64,000 nucleotides of DNA, taken from assembly GCF_009914755.1 (NCBI RefSeq), contig NC_060927.1, one strand, 5' to 3'. The stretch comes from the human T2T-CHM13v2.0 reference genome, Homo sapiens. The position numbers and the translations under genes are program-made. Below the pieces are notes generated by a model that was given only the letters and a program-made list of their open reading frames with translations, ran no database searches and was not told where the DNA came from. This document shows, piece after piece, positions 34,903-55,476 of this stretch (within the stretch, counting starts at the first letter, position 1; every line of letters starts with the position of its first letter).

Positions 34903-35202
34903 TGATCTGCCCACCTCAGCCTCCCAAAGTGCTCGGATTACAGGCATGAGCCATTACACCTGGCCTCAACCATGCATTTTATGCCATGAGACCAAGAAGT
35001 TCCAGAAGCCTTCCTCTGGGGATGCTGCCTGCACGTCAGCTGGAGCTCTCCTCCCCTGCCTCCCAAGTCCCAGGGTGCTGGATGTACGACAGGAGCACTC
35101 TCCTTGGAAGCTGGGACAGTCCCTAATGCACACAGCTGCGAGACCCTGCAGGCATGTCTTGCCCTGAAGCATCTTTGGAAATAATCTGTTTCTCCTAAGT
35201 AG

Positions 35203-35710
<508 letters not shown>

Positions 35711-36678
35711 TAATTCTCACAAGCTTCTCCCTTCCCCAGGCCACCTGTGTCCTGCCACTTGGATAATCTCCCTGACTAATCCCACCTCTGGCCACAGCCC
35801 TCCCCTACTCAAACCCTGTGACAGCTCCAGCCACCTGCAGGAAAACAGCCAAGGCCTCAGCCAGGACACCAGAGCCGATTCAGCCCCTGTGATTTCTTTT
35901 CTTCTTCTTGCTGAGAGCCCCCACCCCCCGCAGTAGATAGATGTTCCTGGTGTGGGTCACATCTTCAGTCCCACTATTACCTCTGCCAGGAATACCTCTG
36001 CTTATCCTACCACCCATCCTTTAACCCCAGCCAGCTCAGTGCCCATCTTTCCCTACTCCAGCTTCAGGAAAAGTTCCCCATCACCCCCATCCTGGCCTCC
36101 TCTGAAGGTCTCCTCCCTCTGGGCCTCACGTTACTTAGGACCATGGCTTCTCTCTCTTTCTGGGTTGAGGATGCTGAGGCCCAAGGGCATTTAAGACTAA
36201 TTTCTACCAGGTTACTCCTGCTTACCATGGTGCACATGGCAGGTGCTTAATACCATCTGCTCATACTGGCCTTATAACCACAGCCTGGAACCCTGTGGGG
36301 TTTTCAAGATGTTTAAACATGTGTGATTATAAAGAACAAGTCACCAACGATCCTTCTTGATCCCAATTCCAGGAGCAGCACCCCAGGAAACATGGTCCTT
36401 GTCTTCACAAAGCTGGCTCTCAGCCTCCCTCCTCACACAGTCTCCCATGCTGAGCCTGCCTGCTGGCTGGCCCTTTTCCTCCGCACAGCTTAGTGCTTGG
36501 TGTGTGGATCCTAGCTCTGGGCCCCCTCAGCAACTGTGGCTCAGACTCACCCCTGGATCCTTCCACTCTTGACAATGTCTATGGCCACTGTGCCAGGGTA
36601 GCCAGCCTGGAGCCTTACCCTGCCCTGGCACCCATGAAGGGGGATTCCAGCCTGGTTTCACTGACTGTCTTTACATAC

Positions 36679-36743
36679 CGTTTCTTCTAACTGGGCAGCT
36701 TCTCCATAGATGTTTGTCACGAGGACCATATTGCAGTTTCCCC
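36679..36743 (-). CDS. KIF9: KIF9 exon 9, (G)GNCNMVLVTNIYGEAAQLEET
   Basis: CAG acceptor, GTATGT donor, 65 nt; completes the LGGN motif. Not shown in this frame in the ORF track. Confidence 0.94.
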
Positions 36744-36813
36744 CTGCGGAAAGCAAGACACAGAAGGGCTATGAACCATGTGTTTTTTCTGCTCCAAAGG
36801 AGTTGATGGGGTC

Positions 36814-37494
<681 letters not shown>

Positions 37495-38122
37495 GGGTCA
37501 GAGAGGACACACACATCTGTGAGGCTGGGAGGTAAGGGGAAGAGAGAAAGAGAGGCCACCACATGTACCTAAAAGAGGATCCAGGAGAAAACAGCAGAGG
37601 AGAGATGATACAGGGCAGGGAGGGGCAGGGACAGGAGAGGGAGGTATGAGTTGGAGCTTTGCTCAGGGTGGCACTCAGTTAACAATCAGACACTAGTGAC
37701 TGTGTTGTCAGGCTCAACACAAAGGCCTAGGGCTATGGGGATGATAAGACAAAGCCCCCGCTGCTCTGTACAGGAGGCTGCAGGGGAAGGGAAGACACCA
37801 TGGGAGAGAGGCCCTCGCCCCAAGTCTTCAGGCTGTGAAGGATTCTGCCAGCTGTCTCCTCAGGACAAGAGGAAAAGAGAAGGTATTCCTAGCACAGGTA
37901 AAAAGCCTAAGGAAGGTTCTGAGGAGTGAATAGCATAGTGTGTTCTGGGCACAGTGCTTGATTCTGCCTTTCCAGGTGTCTGAAGTCACTGTGAATGTGC
38001 TGCAGGTGAATCCATGCCACCAGGAGGGAGCAATTCTATCATCACCAGTGGCAGATGTGCCAAACCTGTCCCTCCCCAAAGACACAGACCCTCCTCCCTG
38101 GGCAGCAACTGTACCCCCTCAC

Positions 38123-38270
38123 CTAACGAGTCCTTCAGAGCGTGGGTGAGCTTGCACTGCCGAAAGGGGATGTGGTCCCGCTTCTGGTCCCCAAGGGCAA
38201 TGATGGCCTGCTCCAGGAATGAGAGCGATTTGTTGATGTAGGTGGCTTCCTTCAGGACTTGGCCCTCAGA
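38123..38270 (-). CDS. KIF9: KIF9 exon 8, [16 protein letters not shown]...[17 protein letters not shown]
   Basis: TAG acceptor, GTGAGG donor, 148 nt; INKSL and HIPFR kinesin motifs. Confidence 0.96.
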
Positions 38271-38464
38271 CTACAAAGCAAAGGTCAGTTCCACTTTGGA
38301 TGGAATAAAGCAGCTGCCCCACTAAGAATAGCAGTCTTCCTGGTCTGGAGAAATGCTATAAGTCTGTGGTCAGGTCAGCGCCTCCTTCCCAGAACCAGGG
38401 TCTTCTTTCAATGTCATGCGATTGTATTCCATCTTGGGCTAATAATGGTAATACCAAAACTCAG

Positions 38465-38888
<424 letters not shown>

Positions 38889-39368
38889 TTAGCTGGTCAT
38901 GGTGGTGCATACCTGTGGTCCCAGATACTTGAGACACTGAAGTGGGATGATCACTTGAGCCTGGGAGGTCAAGGCTGCAGTGAGCTGTATTTGTGCTACT
39001 GTACCCCAGCCTGGGAGACACGGCGAGACTGTGTCTCAAAACAACAACAACAAAAACACACACAGAGAAATGCTATACCAGCAAGGAATATTTACTGAGC
39101 ACTGAGTGCCAGGCACTTTGCTAAGAATGTAGAGGGCACTATCTCATTTAATGTTTACAAAAATCCTCTGAGGTAGGAACCGCCCCCAGGTAATAGCCGT
39201 TCCCTTTTTGCAAATCCTGTCCCTCCAGCAAGCCCACATGTCCCACTTCGCCTAGCTCAGGACTGTGTTCACAAATATCCAATGAGTCATGGCCCAGATG
39301 TGCAGGCACTGTGCCAGAAAAAGGGCTTGTGGTTTATTGAGTAGCAACCTCCAGCCCCCATCACTTAC

Positions 39369-39461
39369 CCCAGACTTCCCCAGCCTCTCTGAGCCTGCCA
39401 GATCCACCAAGTTAATTTTGGAAGTGATGTACTTTTCCTCTGATAAGGTCCGGGAATGGGC
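39369..39461 (-). CDS. KIF9: KIF9 exon 7, AHSRT...INLVDLAGSERLGKSG (switch II)
   Basis: TAG acceptor, GTAAGT donor, 93 nt. Confidence 0.96.
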
Positions 39462-39572
39462 CTACAAAACATCCAAGCAGAAGTTAGACTGTCACAGGGA
39501 GAAGTTTCTGACTGAGCAGGCCCCGTGGGAATTGACTGCCCCGCCTGGGCTGATCAAAGAGCTTGCACCTAC

Positions 39573-39656
39573 CTCTAAGTAGATGGTGAAAATGCAGTGT
39601 GATCTGGAAGAGTTTTTGTTCATAGTGTGGGAGGCTATAATCCTGTTGGTCTCACC
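39573..39656 (-). CDS. KIF9: KIF9 exon 6, GETNRIIASHTMNKNSSRSHCIFTIYLE (switch I)
   Basis: CAG acceptor, GTAGGT donor, 84 nt. Confidence 0.96.
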
Positions 39657-40835
39657 CTGAAGAGGAAGGGAATCATAGGCAACATTTCGAAAAACTAAAA
39701 CGACAAGGCACTTGGGTCATTTTTCAATTATACCAATAGCTACACAAGTGGTCTCATATCACTGCGATCAGCTGGGCCTTCCAGGCAAACCTCTTTTATA
39801 AACTAATAGAAAGGGAGTCAAATTGGAGTCCACATCTACACTTTCACCCGCCGCTGGGGAAGTGTGAATTGGTATAGCTTTCTGGAAAGCAAAGTGACAA
39901 TAAAAATCAAGAGCCTTAAAAATGTTTATGAATATTGAATCAGAATCAACCTGCATGTCCAACAATTTGGGAATGATCTATGTATACAGTGGGATATTGG
40001 GCAGCCAGGAAAATGCTGACACATAGTTTTTAATAAGAGAGAGAAATGTAGAATCCAAAATCATATTATAGCTGATCTAAGAAATGCAAAAGCATTCATA
40101 GAAGAAATAAGCAGAATTCTGCTAATAAGATGTTAATAATAGTTGCTTCTGGGTTGGGGTTTATAGGTTATTTTATCTTTTTTATACAGTTTTGTGGGTT
40201 TTTTTTAGTGAGCATGTATTACTATAAAAATAATAATTTATATTTTTATTTATTTTGTGTTCTCCTTTTTTTTTTTTTTTTTGGGAGAGCATCTCAGTCT
40301 GTCACCCATACTAGAGTGTGGTGGCACGATCTCGGCTCACTATAACCTCTGCCTCCCGGGCCCAAGCCATCCTCCCACCTCGGCTTCCTGAGTAGCTGGG
40401 ACTACCAGCGTGCACTACCACACCTGGCTAATTTTTGTATTTTTTGTAGAGACAGGGTTTCACCATGTGCCCAGGCTGGTCTGGAACTTATGAGTTCAAG
40501 AGATCTGCCCGCCTCGGCCTGCTACAGTGCTGGGATTACAGGCATGAGCCACTGTGCCTGACCTAGTAATTTGTATTTTTAAAGGGACAGTAGGCCCTTA
40601 CCTCTAATTTACAGGAGGAGGCCTTATGACCAGAATATACTTAAAAAGGAATTTTTTGTAGAGACAGGGTGGTGGTGTGGTGGAAATGGCTGTTCTTGGA
40701 GAAAAAGGTCCTTGAGGGATAGACTGATGTCTCCTTAAATGCTGATGAGAAGTGCTATGAACAAGCCCCAAAGTGAGGGTGGGGGACAGCCCCCCCTGGG
40801 GAGAGGAGAGCACCCGCTGAAGAGGGAAGGCCTGA

Positions 40836-41305
<470 letters not shown>

Positions 41306-41308
41306 TGA

Positions 41309-41488
<180 letters not shown>

Positions 41489-41980
41489 TAAAAAAGATCC
41501 TGCTATTGACGTTGAGGAAGTAAGTTGCTATGTTGTGAGAAGGCACTATGATCATGCCTGTGAATAGCCATTGCACATGTGCCCATTGCCTGGGCAACAC
41601 AGCGAGAACTTGCATAAAAAAATAAAGAGTTCCTAGCCTATATGACTTCTAAAAGAATAACATACACTTGACTGATTTCTTTTCTTGTTTTTGAGACAGA
41701 GTGTTGCTCTATTACCCAGGTTGGAGTGCAGTGGCATGATCTCAGCTTACTGAAACCTCTACCTGCTGGGCTCAAGTGATTCTCCCACCTCAGCTTCCCA
41801 AGCAGCTGGGACCACAGGCATGCGCCCCCATGCCTGGCTAATTTTTGTATTTTTGGTAGAGGTGGGGTTTCACTGTGTTGCCCAGGCTGGTCTTGAACTC
41901 ATGAGCTCAAGTGATCCACCCGCCTTGGCCTCCCAAAGTGCTGGAATTACAGGCGTGAGCCACTGTGCCAGTGCATTTGA

Positions 41981-42296
<316 letters not shown>

Positions 42297-42600
42297 TAGT
42301 TGGGAGTTAGCGCCACCACATCCAGCTAATTTTTGTATTTGTAGTAGAGACGGGGTTTCACCATGTTGGCCAGGATGGTCTCAATCTCCTGATCTTGTGA
42401 TCCGCCTGCCTCCGCCTCCCAAAGTGTTGGGATTACAGGCATGAGCCACCGTGCCCAGCCTAATTTTTGTATTGTTAGTGGAGATGAGGTTTCACCATGT
42501 TGGCTAAGCTGGTCTCGAACTCCTGACCTCAGGTGATCCACCCACCTCAGCCTCTCAAAGTGCTGGGATTACAGGCATGAGCCACCGCACCTGGCTCTAA

Positions 42601-42884
<284 letters not shown>

Positions 42885-43188
42885 TGATCCACCCACCTCA
42901 GCCTCCCAAAGTGCTAGGATTACAGGCATCACCCACTGCACCCGGCCTTATTTTTTTCCATACAAGAGCTCATAATTTAACTGAAAAAAGGGACATAAGA
43001 ATCATTTCAACTATGTAAAGAAAAAGCTGCACAGGAAAAAAGACTGGAAGGAAATGAGCTAAAATATACATTATTGTTGCCTTATGTAAAAAACAGATTA
43101 TGCATGAATCATTTTTTCTTTTTATTTACGTAACAGGAAAGGAAGAGGAAATAAAATTCTTTTTTGTTCCTTTTTTTTTTCAGCACTA

Positions 43189-43603
<415 letters not shown>

Positions 43604-43622
43604 TCAGGTTTTATTATCTCAC

Positions 43623-43847
43623 CTCAAAAAGGAGGCTGAATGCATCCTCCTCCTGACTTGTGAGGTGAACTGACAAGCCCTTAATGAAGACTCCTTGAGG
43701 GTTTTCCACGATGGTCATTGGTGTGACTGAGGGTCCAACATAGGGCAGAGTGGACAGGAGATCAAACAGGCTCTCATTATAGATTTCCAAGTAGGAAACA
43801 CGCACAGTGATGGCATGTGTGGGGCGTTCTTCGATCATCCTAAAAAC
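43623..43847 (-). CDS. KIF9: KIF9 exon 5, VFRMIEERP...VSYLEIYNE...FSLLFE
   Basis: TAG acceptor, GTGAGA donor, 225 nt; SYLEIYNE motif. Confidence 0.96.
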
Positions 43848-44244
43848 CTAGATGACAGATTGTACAGCGGTCACCAAGAGCAGAACCCCAACAGCCAACT
43901 AGCATAAGGGGGGCTTCCTAACTCAGAAGGGAACATCAAGATGTATAGAATAATTATTGTCCTAAAGGAATTGGGTGATATTTAGTATCATCTTGTAGTG
44001 TTTTGAGGCTTGACATCAGATTGGCTAACACTTAAACCATCTCACGAAGTAGAGGCATAATGAGTGGAAAGGACTCTGGAGTGAGGATTTCTTATTTTAG
44101 AGTCTCATCATTTATATGCCTCTTTCAAATCTATTTAATTCCATCCACATATAAATCTCTGTGAATGAGGCAGTGCAGGAGCAATACGTATTTGTGGAAG
44201 GCACTACAAAATAAAATTATTTGTCAGCCGGGTGTGGTGGCTCA

Positions 44245-44547
<303 letters not shown>

Positions 44548-44669
44548 TCAGCTAGTAAGGGTAGAAGTAAAGCCAGAACTCAGCCTTCTCAACTCCTAAT
44601 TCCCTCCCCAGTGCTTATCAAGGAAGGGATAATTCCTGAGGTCCTGCCTTCCTCTAAGAATTTAGACCG

Positions 44670-45158
44670 GTTTTGTTCAAAATAGTAGACACAAGTTACA
44701 GATGGCTGCTGAGTATCTAAAATGTGGCTAGTACAAATGAACTGAATTTTAAATTTTATGTAATTTTAATTACAGTTAGATTTAAAAACTGATGCAATTC
44801 AGTTATTGGTAAACTTTAAGTATGTCTGGAACAACTTGGGTATGTAAATCTACTTTTTCAACATTTTATGAAATCTAAATACAGATCAAGCATTTCTGAT
44901 AATATTTATGCCTAAACTGAAATGTGCCCCAAGTATAAAATATGTACTGGATTTCAAAGACTTAGTATGAGAAAAAGAATGTAAACTATCTCAATAAGTT
45001 TATATTGATTACATGCGGAAATATTTTAAATATATTTAGTTAAATAAAATATATCATTAAAATTAATTTCATCTGTTTATTTTTACTTTTTAAAATGTGG
45101 TTACTGGAAAACTCAAATTTGCATGTGACTTACAGTATATTTCTATTAGTGGCACTGG
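44670..45158. mobile_element. Charlie1-like hAT DNA transposon relic
   Basis: AAATGTGGCTAGT and GGAACAACTTGGGTATGT motifs in an AT-rich body. Confidence 0.6.
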
Positions 45159-45937
45159 GCTAGATTACTAAAGTCTAAGATGCTGAGATACTGAAGCTTT
45201 GACAGTGGGATATTAAGGGTATTGCTCCAAAAACAGGAGCATGGATGGTTCACATACTAGAGGAATGTATACACTTCTTATAGGACAGGGCTGCAAAAAA
45301 TCCTGTCCTATAACACTTCTTATAGGACAGGGCTGTAAAGCTGCCTCTTGGCAGCTTTTGCCTCCTACCTCCGACCAGAGGGTCCTTACAGAACCCAGGC
45401 TAGTGGGGCCCAAAGGAAGGCCCTTCTGTCTTATCTTCAGTTATGCTATTGAGACCCCCCGGGCTGACACAGTCCTGAAAGCTCAAGTCATGCCCTCCTT
45501 CTTGCTTTTGATCTTTCAGGGGCTGTGGTGGTGAAAAAAGCCAGAGTAGGCCAGTAAGGAAGTTCTGCAAGGGTCTATATGCCCCTCATTAAAACCAGGA
45601 AAGAGAATGATTAGGACCTCCAAATCCTTAATTACAGGATCACAGACCACTGGAGCAGCAAGAGGCTGATTAGCATGCCTGACTCCCTCCTTCCCAAATG
45701 AGGAAACAGGCTCAGTGTGGGTATGGCTCAGAGTCTGACACCCAACCTCCTGGTTTCCTGAGGCCCCTGACTCTACTGACTCCAGAGCCCTGTGTATGTT
45801 GTCTCCAGTACCAGTATCCACTGCAACTCCTTTGAGGCCTGGTCCCCACTGTCTCTAGTAGCTGGCCCAGGGTCAGTAACATCTATGGCAGAGAGAGGGA
45901 ACCTGTGTGGCATCCCACCCTTGGGCCCACTCTCTAC

Positions 45938-46044
45938 CTGCTGCAGGGCACGAGGGAGGATCCCCCGGTGCTTGTAATTCTCAGTTGCCCCCATCATGGT
46001 GTATGTCTTGCCAGCTCCCGTCTGCCCATAACACATGATGGTGC
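45938..46044 (-). CDS. KIF9: KIF9 exon 4, TIMCYGQTGAGKTYTM...RALQQ (P-loop)
   Basis: CAG acceptor, GTAGAG donor, 107 nt. Confidence 0.97.
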
Positions 46045-47255
46045 CTGCAAACATTTCAAAACACGGTGACATCCAGGAAAATAGCTCCAAGGATAACTCT
46101 CCCCTCTCCCAGCATGCCTGGTGCCAGCCAGGGCCCTTTGCATGAAGATGGCCAGTGGGGGCAGCCAAGAACATCAGGAATTCCACCATGGAAGAGGATG
46201 GGTGGGCAGGGGAACAGGGACAAAAGTGGTCAAAACAAGGACATCTGCCCTGAATCTGTGGTCCCCACAATGCTCTGCTGTTCCCTCCACCAAGAGATGA
46301 TCCGGCCCTAGGGCTTCTGAGAAGGACAGGGAATCTCAGGGTACAGAGGAACTGGAACTTTTCCTAAAAAGATGAGGAGGGAGATAGGAGCATTAGACTC
46401 CAGCCCTTCTCTAGCACAGCTATGAACTGCCAGGGTCTCAGGGTTGGCAGGAGGCATCAACTTCCCCACAGAGGCAAAGAGGGGCTTTCAAAATCTCCAG
46501 GAAGAGATGGAGTGGAAAGGGCATTTTCTGTCAAGGGTGAGAATTCTTTGTAGACTACAAATTCCTGCAGGATGAAACAGGGCTCCTAGTTGGTTCCATG
46601 TCACTTCCAGAAATGTACCACCATGATCAGGCCCTGATCTGGTCCACTGCCCACCCTGGGAAGACTTTCATTGCACTTCTCAACATCCTTTAGGTCTACC
46701 ATCACCACCAGGCTCCGGGACACAAACCATGCAGTCACCCTGAGCTCCGGCTCCTATCTGTTCTTCCCCTTAGCATGGGCAGCCTGAGCCAGACCCCATC
46801 CCACAGGCTGCCCATGGGCATTTACATGGCAGATCTGCCCAGGCAATGCTGGGCTGTGAAAATTTTTTGCCTTTGTCACACAGACACTCTAGTTCTTGGG
46901 ACTGGTAGCAGGTTTTACACAAGCGATCCTGATTCAGCATCTGAGTTGGAGCCAGAAATGGTGTCTATTAACCCAACACAAATGAACAGGAAGGAGTCAC
47001 TTCAGCTGCAAATCAGAGCCCATTTGTGGTTCCACAGCACCAGTGCTCAAGACTATTCATCTCCCTGGGCCTTAGTTCCTCTGTCTTCACCTCCTCAAGG
47101 TCACAATCAGAGCATCATGAAAACCAAAAGAGAACCTCCTTAAGTCAGTGGGGACCACACCTACGTATCACATTCAGGATAAATTACAGCATCTACACTC
47201 AATGCACTTTTAAATATAAAACCTAAACTTGCAAAACAGGGAACATCCTAGTCAG

Positions 47256-47274
47256 CAGCCACCAGATGGCAAAG
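47256..47274 (+). promoter_or_regulatory. Candidate CTCF site CAGCCACCAGATGGCAAAG
   Basis: Core matches CCASYAGRKGGCR in unique intronic sequence; motif only, no occupancy data. Confidence 0.55.
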
Positions 47275-47710
47275 TCTACAAACTGTGACATATTCTTTTA
47301 TACAATCCTATACTAGAATATCAACTGTACATTGATTGTGTTGGTAGAATACATGAAAATAGCTCCTAGCAGGAAGCTGAGAGACAAATGTTTGGACTCC
47401 ATCAAATTTGTCATAAAGACGTATCTTCAAAACTAATACTTGAGAGATTTGAAACAGGATAATTGAACCCCTGTGACCTATAGAGAGCCATAGTCTTTTA
47501 ATTTTCCTATGAAGGTAGAATCCCAGGACATTGGATCAAGCCATGCCCACAATGTCAACAAGCAAACAGTAAGTTTTGCAACGTAAGAACATGGAGACAG
47601 ACAAACATACAAATGATAGTAAGTGAGCTTTTATTTTATTCACCATAAAATATTTGCATCTCTTACTCCTCAGGTTCTTACATAAGACAACATTTAATTA
47701 ATTAAGTTAC

Positions 47711-47876
47711 CATTATAGCCATCGAGGGCCTGAGAAACCACATCCTTTGCAACTGTCTCATAAACCAAGTCCTGGGAGGCATCGTGAAGAACTCCATCCA
47801 ACTTAAACGACCAGTCTGTCTGTTGGTTATTGACAACTCCTCTCCGAATGTCTTTTTTTAAGTGAATATCAATGCT
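47711..47876 (-). CDS. KIF9: KIF9 exon 3, SIDIHLKK...ALDGYN
   Basis: TAG acceptor, GTAACT donor, 166 nt. Confidence 0.95.
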
Positions 47877-48659
47877 CTAGGAAAAAAGAGTGAGAAAGAA
47901 AAAAATGTTATTTGTTCAAAAATGGGTATAAAAAAAATCACTGATAGCTGAGGCCTAATCTGGAGGGAACAGAGGAAATGAACTGTAGGATGAATGGGGA
48001 CTCCCACGTAGGGGCTGATATTCCAGATGAATTCTTTGGGATGGGAGAAGAGAGTTCCTGCAGGGAGATGGAAAGATCAGGAGAGTGGAGCACTTTCTAG
48101 TTTTAGCACCTCTAACCCTAGTTCACACGGTGCTGTCTTTGTTTCCCCACCTATGATATGAGGTCAAATTTATCATGTTCTTATTAAACAAGTTTTAGAT
48201 AGATTCCATAAGCATAGGGAGGCCTTGAATTATGCCAGAGGGAATAGTGAGCCTGGTAACAGAGGCCTGGGCTCCAGCCTCATTGCTCTGGTTGCTGGCA
48301 GTGAGGCCTCCCTCAGCTCTGCATTATGGTGAACATCTACTTCCACACACACGCTATGAGCCAAAGTGAGTGATGATGAAATGAAAGCCACAGAGAAGGC
48401 TATGGACTTCTCAGACATAGGAATTAAGAGTAAATTGAGGGTGTCATCAGCAGATTTTTAGATGCATGCCCCTTCATAGTAAGCCATTGTAGTAGCAGCT
48501 GGCTTAGGGACATACTGGGTAAGGTCAGTGGTAGATTCCAATCTTCTTGATGAGAACTTCCGATGTAAAGACTCTTGCTGAAATCTTACACTGACTGCCC
48601 TAATGCAGGAGCTATACCTGGCTACAGAGAGAAAAATTAAGATGAAGAAAGACAGACTT

Positions 48660-54029
<5,370 letters not shown>

Positions 54030-54876
54030 CCCTCCCTTTCTCCCTCAGGACCTTGTGGGGAATGTCTCTCCTTGGGGAACCACCCTTTGATATTTCTGGT
54101 ATAACAAAGCAAGTCTCTGAATGGCCACCAGGAGACTTCTGTGTTAAGGCGCTCGAGGTTTCCTCATTTGTCTTTAGTGGGAATGAACAGAATTGGCAAC
54201 AAGCAGCCATGAAGACTAGACAAGAGGAAAGGGAGCGTTTGGTGGGGTGGAAGGCACCAGGTGGGTCCCTATCTTCCAGTGCTCCCGTCCAGATGAGGGG
54301 CTGTCATGGGGAACCCTCATAGCTACCCGTAGCGGCAGCACCAACACCCGAATCCAAAACACTGGGTCCAACTGCACCTGGCCTTGGCTGAACAAGACTA
54401 GGATGCAGGCAAAACTAGACTTTCTCCTTTTTCTCACCCAATGTGCCGGACCCCCGCGTGGAGCCTGGGCGGCAGTGGGCTTTGGACCCATTCCGGTCCC
54501 TCTCTGGAGAGGTTTCCTCACCTGTAACACGAAGGGCTCCGACTGGTGATCCCAAAGCCCCCTCTAGTTCGAAAACTGACTAGTACGGAAGAGTCCAGAC
54601 GACCTCTGGCTCCCTGCCTCACGGCCTCTATGTCCTGGACGCGACGTGGGACCCCTTTGTGGGACCAATGAACATTAGCTCCGAAGACCGTAAGCCGCGG
54701 TCAGGTTGAAAGGACTCCCGCGACGTCGAGCCCTCCTTCGCCTGGGTTTCAGAGATGAGCGACCCAGCTGGGAACCCCCAGATAAAGCGGTTTTTGGACC
54801 CCAGCCACTTTCAGCAGTCCGGGCGCACACCCTTTTCCCGTCTCCCCACTCCCACCGGCGAGCAGCCCCTGCTCAC

Positions 54877-55180
54877 CGTTCACCAGGCAGCGACGCTCCC
54901 GGGACGCGACTGCCGCAACCGAAACCACCTGCACTCCCCACGCGGGGCTGCCTGGCTGTGTACATAGTCGCCATGGCAACGGGTCGCTTCCGGGGATTCC
55001 GGAAGTGTCGGGGTGGCGGAAATGAAGTCCGAGGTCCTACGTCGAGGATACGGGTGAGGTCATGGCCGAATCGGGAAGACGAGAGATGGGGCCGATTGAT
55101 CTAGAAAGACTTCGGCGGATGCACATGCGAAGTCAAGGTCGAGATAGCGAGGGAACGAAGGCCGCACATGAACCAGGAAG
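54877..55180 (-). other. KIF9: KIF9 non-coding exon 1 (5' end uncertain)
   Basis: Consensus donor ACG|GTGAGC at 54876 inside the CpG island; the TSS cannot be read from sequence. Confidence 0.65.
54967..54980. promoter_or_regulatory. RFX X-box GTCGCCATGGCAAC
   Basis: Matches GTNRCC(N0-3)RGYAAC and is nearly palindromic; fits a ciliary kinesin gene. Confidence 0.8.
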
Positions 55181-55200
55181 CGGAGTGGCGGGGCTTCCGG
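54986..55200. promoter_or_regulatory. ETS/GABP motif cluster
   Basis: GCTTCCGG 54986-54993, CCGGAAGT 54999-55006, GCGGAAAT near 55016, GCTTCCGG 55193-55200; typical of bidirectional promoters. Confidence 0.6.
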
Positions 55201-55347
55201 CGCCGAGGAGATTCAACTACGGCGGCCGCGGAGGCCCGTCCGATTGCTGCTCCGCGCTCCGAGCGGCTGTCGGCGTGCGCTATCGCCCCGCCCTGGTTAG
55301 TGTCTAGCCGGCCGGCGAGGCCTGCGCAGTTGCAGCGGCCGGGGAAG

Positions 55348-55476
55348 ATGGTGGAGGACGGCGCGGAGGAGCTGGAGGATCTGGTGCACTTCTCCGTGTC
55401 TGAGTTGCCTAGTCGCGGCTACGGCGTCATGGAGGAGATCCGGCGGCAGGGCAAGCTGTGCGACGTGACCCTCAAG
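55348..55476 (+). CDS. KLHL18: KLHL18 coding exon 1, [17 protein letters not shown]...[10 protein letters not shown] (start of BTB domain); rest of gene outside window
   Basis: AAGATGG Kozak, 129 nt, AAG|GTACCG donor; LCDVTL is the BTB-Kelch signature. Confidence 0.93.

Noticed and set aside
48458-48650. Unique tail of the 191-aa ORF with a minus-strand acceptor at 48622
   Set aside because: The ORF is mostly Alu, I recognise no homology, and the nearest donor is weak and frame-shifting.
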